From positions 360,406,001-360,470,000 of the forward strand of contig OZ024742.1 of assembly GCA_964016885.1 (NCBI GenBank): 64,000 bases of DNA, written 5' to 3'. The notes beneath the pieces were generated by a model that saw only the letters and a program-made list of their open reading frames with translations, ran no database searches and was not told where the DNA came from. The position numbers and the translations under genes were made by a program. This document shows positions 62,572 through 64,000 of this stretch, piece by piece; the first letter of the stretch is position 1; each line of letters begins with the position of its first letter. This DNA comes from Eledone cirrhosa (taxonomy: Eukaryota).

Positions 62572-64000
62572 GGGAGAGCTGTTACCTTTACAGGGGAGGT
62601 AGGACCGCTGCAATAAGAGTGTGATTCTGAGAGCTGTTACCTCTACAGAGGAGGTAGGTCTGCTGCAATAAGAGTGTGATTCTGAGAGCTGTTACCTCTA
62701 CAGGGGAGATAGGACCGCTGCAATAAGAGTGTGAATGTAGAGCTGTTACCTCTACAGGGGAGGTAGGACAGCTGCAATAAGAGTGTGAATGTAGAGCTCT
62801 TACCTCTACAGGGGAGGTAGGACCGCTGCAATAAGAGTGTGATTCTGAGAGCTGTTACCTCTACAGGGGAGGTAGGACCGCTGCAATAAGAGTGTGATTC
62901 TGAGAGCTGTTACCTCTACAGGGGAGGTAGGACCGCTGCAATAAGAGTGTGATTCTGAGAGCTGTTACCTCCACTGGAGAGGTAGGACCGCTGCAATAAG
63001 AGTGTGAATGTAGAGCTGTTACCTCTACAGGGAAGGTAGGACCGCTGCAATAAGAGTGTGATTCTGATAGCTGTAACCTCTACAGGGAAGGTAGGGTCGC
63101 TGCAATAAGAGTGTGAATGTAGAGCTGTTACCTCTACAGGGGAGGTAGGACCGCTGCAATAAGAGTGTGATTCTGAGAGCTGTAACCTCCACTGGAGAGG
63201 TAGGACCGCTGCAATAAGAGTGTGAATGTAGAGCTGTTACCTCTACAGGGGAGGTAGGACCGCTGCAATAAGAGTGTGATTCTGAGAGCTGTAACCTCTA
63301 CAGGGAAGGTAGGGTCGCTGCAATAAGAGTGTGAATGTAGAGCTGTTACTTCTACAGGGGAGGTAGGACCGCTGCAATAAGAGTGTGATTCTGAGAGCTG
63401 TAACCTCTACAGGGGAGGTAGGGTCGCTGCAATAAGAGTGTGAATGTAGAGCTGTTACCTCTACAGGGGAGGTAGGACCGCTGCAATAAGAGTGTGATTC
63501 TGAGAGCTGTTACTTCTACAGGGGAGGTAGGACCGCTGCAATAAGAGTGTGATTCTGAGAGCTGTAACCTCTACAGGGGAGGTAGGGTCGCTGCAATAAG
63601 AGTGTGAATGTAGAGCTGTTACCTCTACAGGGGAGGTAGGACCGCTGCAATAAGAGTGTGATTCTGAGAGCTGTTACCTCTACAGGGGAGGTAGGACCGC
63701 TGCAATAAGAGTGTGATTCTGAGAGCTGTTACCTCTACAGGGGAGGTAGGACCGCTGCAATAAGAGTGTGATTCTGAGAGCTGTTACCTCTACAGGGGAG
63801 GTAGGACCGCTGCAATAAGAGTGTGATTCTGAGAGCTGTTACCTCCACTGGAGAGGTAGGACCGCTGCAATAAGAGTGTGAATGTAGAGCTGTTACCTCT
63901 ACAGGGAAGGTAGGACCGCTGCAATAAGAGTGTGATTCTGATAGCTGTAACCTCTACAGGGAAGGTAGGGTCGCTGCAATAAGAGTGTGAATGTAGAGCT
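62572..64000. repeat. 55-bp satellite/minisatellite running off the window end
   Basis: Unit gagagctgttacctctacaggggaggtaggaccgctgcaataagagtgtgattct with an alternating aatgt variant. Confidence 0.95.

Overview
This is an AT-rich, microsatellite-saturated eukaryotic intergenic window. No host protein-coding gene is recognisable. The SINE and microsatellite landscape resembles cephalopod (octopus) genomes, but this is inference and has not been verified. Almost all non-microsatellite DNA is mobile-element derived. It includes at least five Penelope-like element (PLE) remnants with GIY-YIG domains, fragments of RTE, Tx1/L1-like, R4/Dong and CRE-like LINEs, two tRNA-derived SINE families, hAT and Tc1/mariner-like MITEs, a Helitron-like element and several minisatellites (33, 34, 55 and 81 bp). 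The main signal, read by eye, is a dense set of type I hammerhead ribozyme (HHR) motifs: about 30 copies in roughly 17 sequence families. They lie in PLE 3' tails and in short non-coding elements inserted into (TA)n as tandem and fold-back arrays. Several form head-to-tail 320-570 nt monomers with one HHR each (retrozyme-like), show compensatory stem changes between subfamilies, and have palindromic helix III. Three unrelated families use the U3-A8 core variant (UUGANAA). All structures were assigned manually and need covariance-model and biochemical confirmation.
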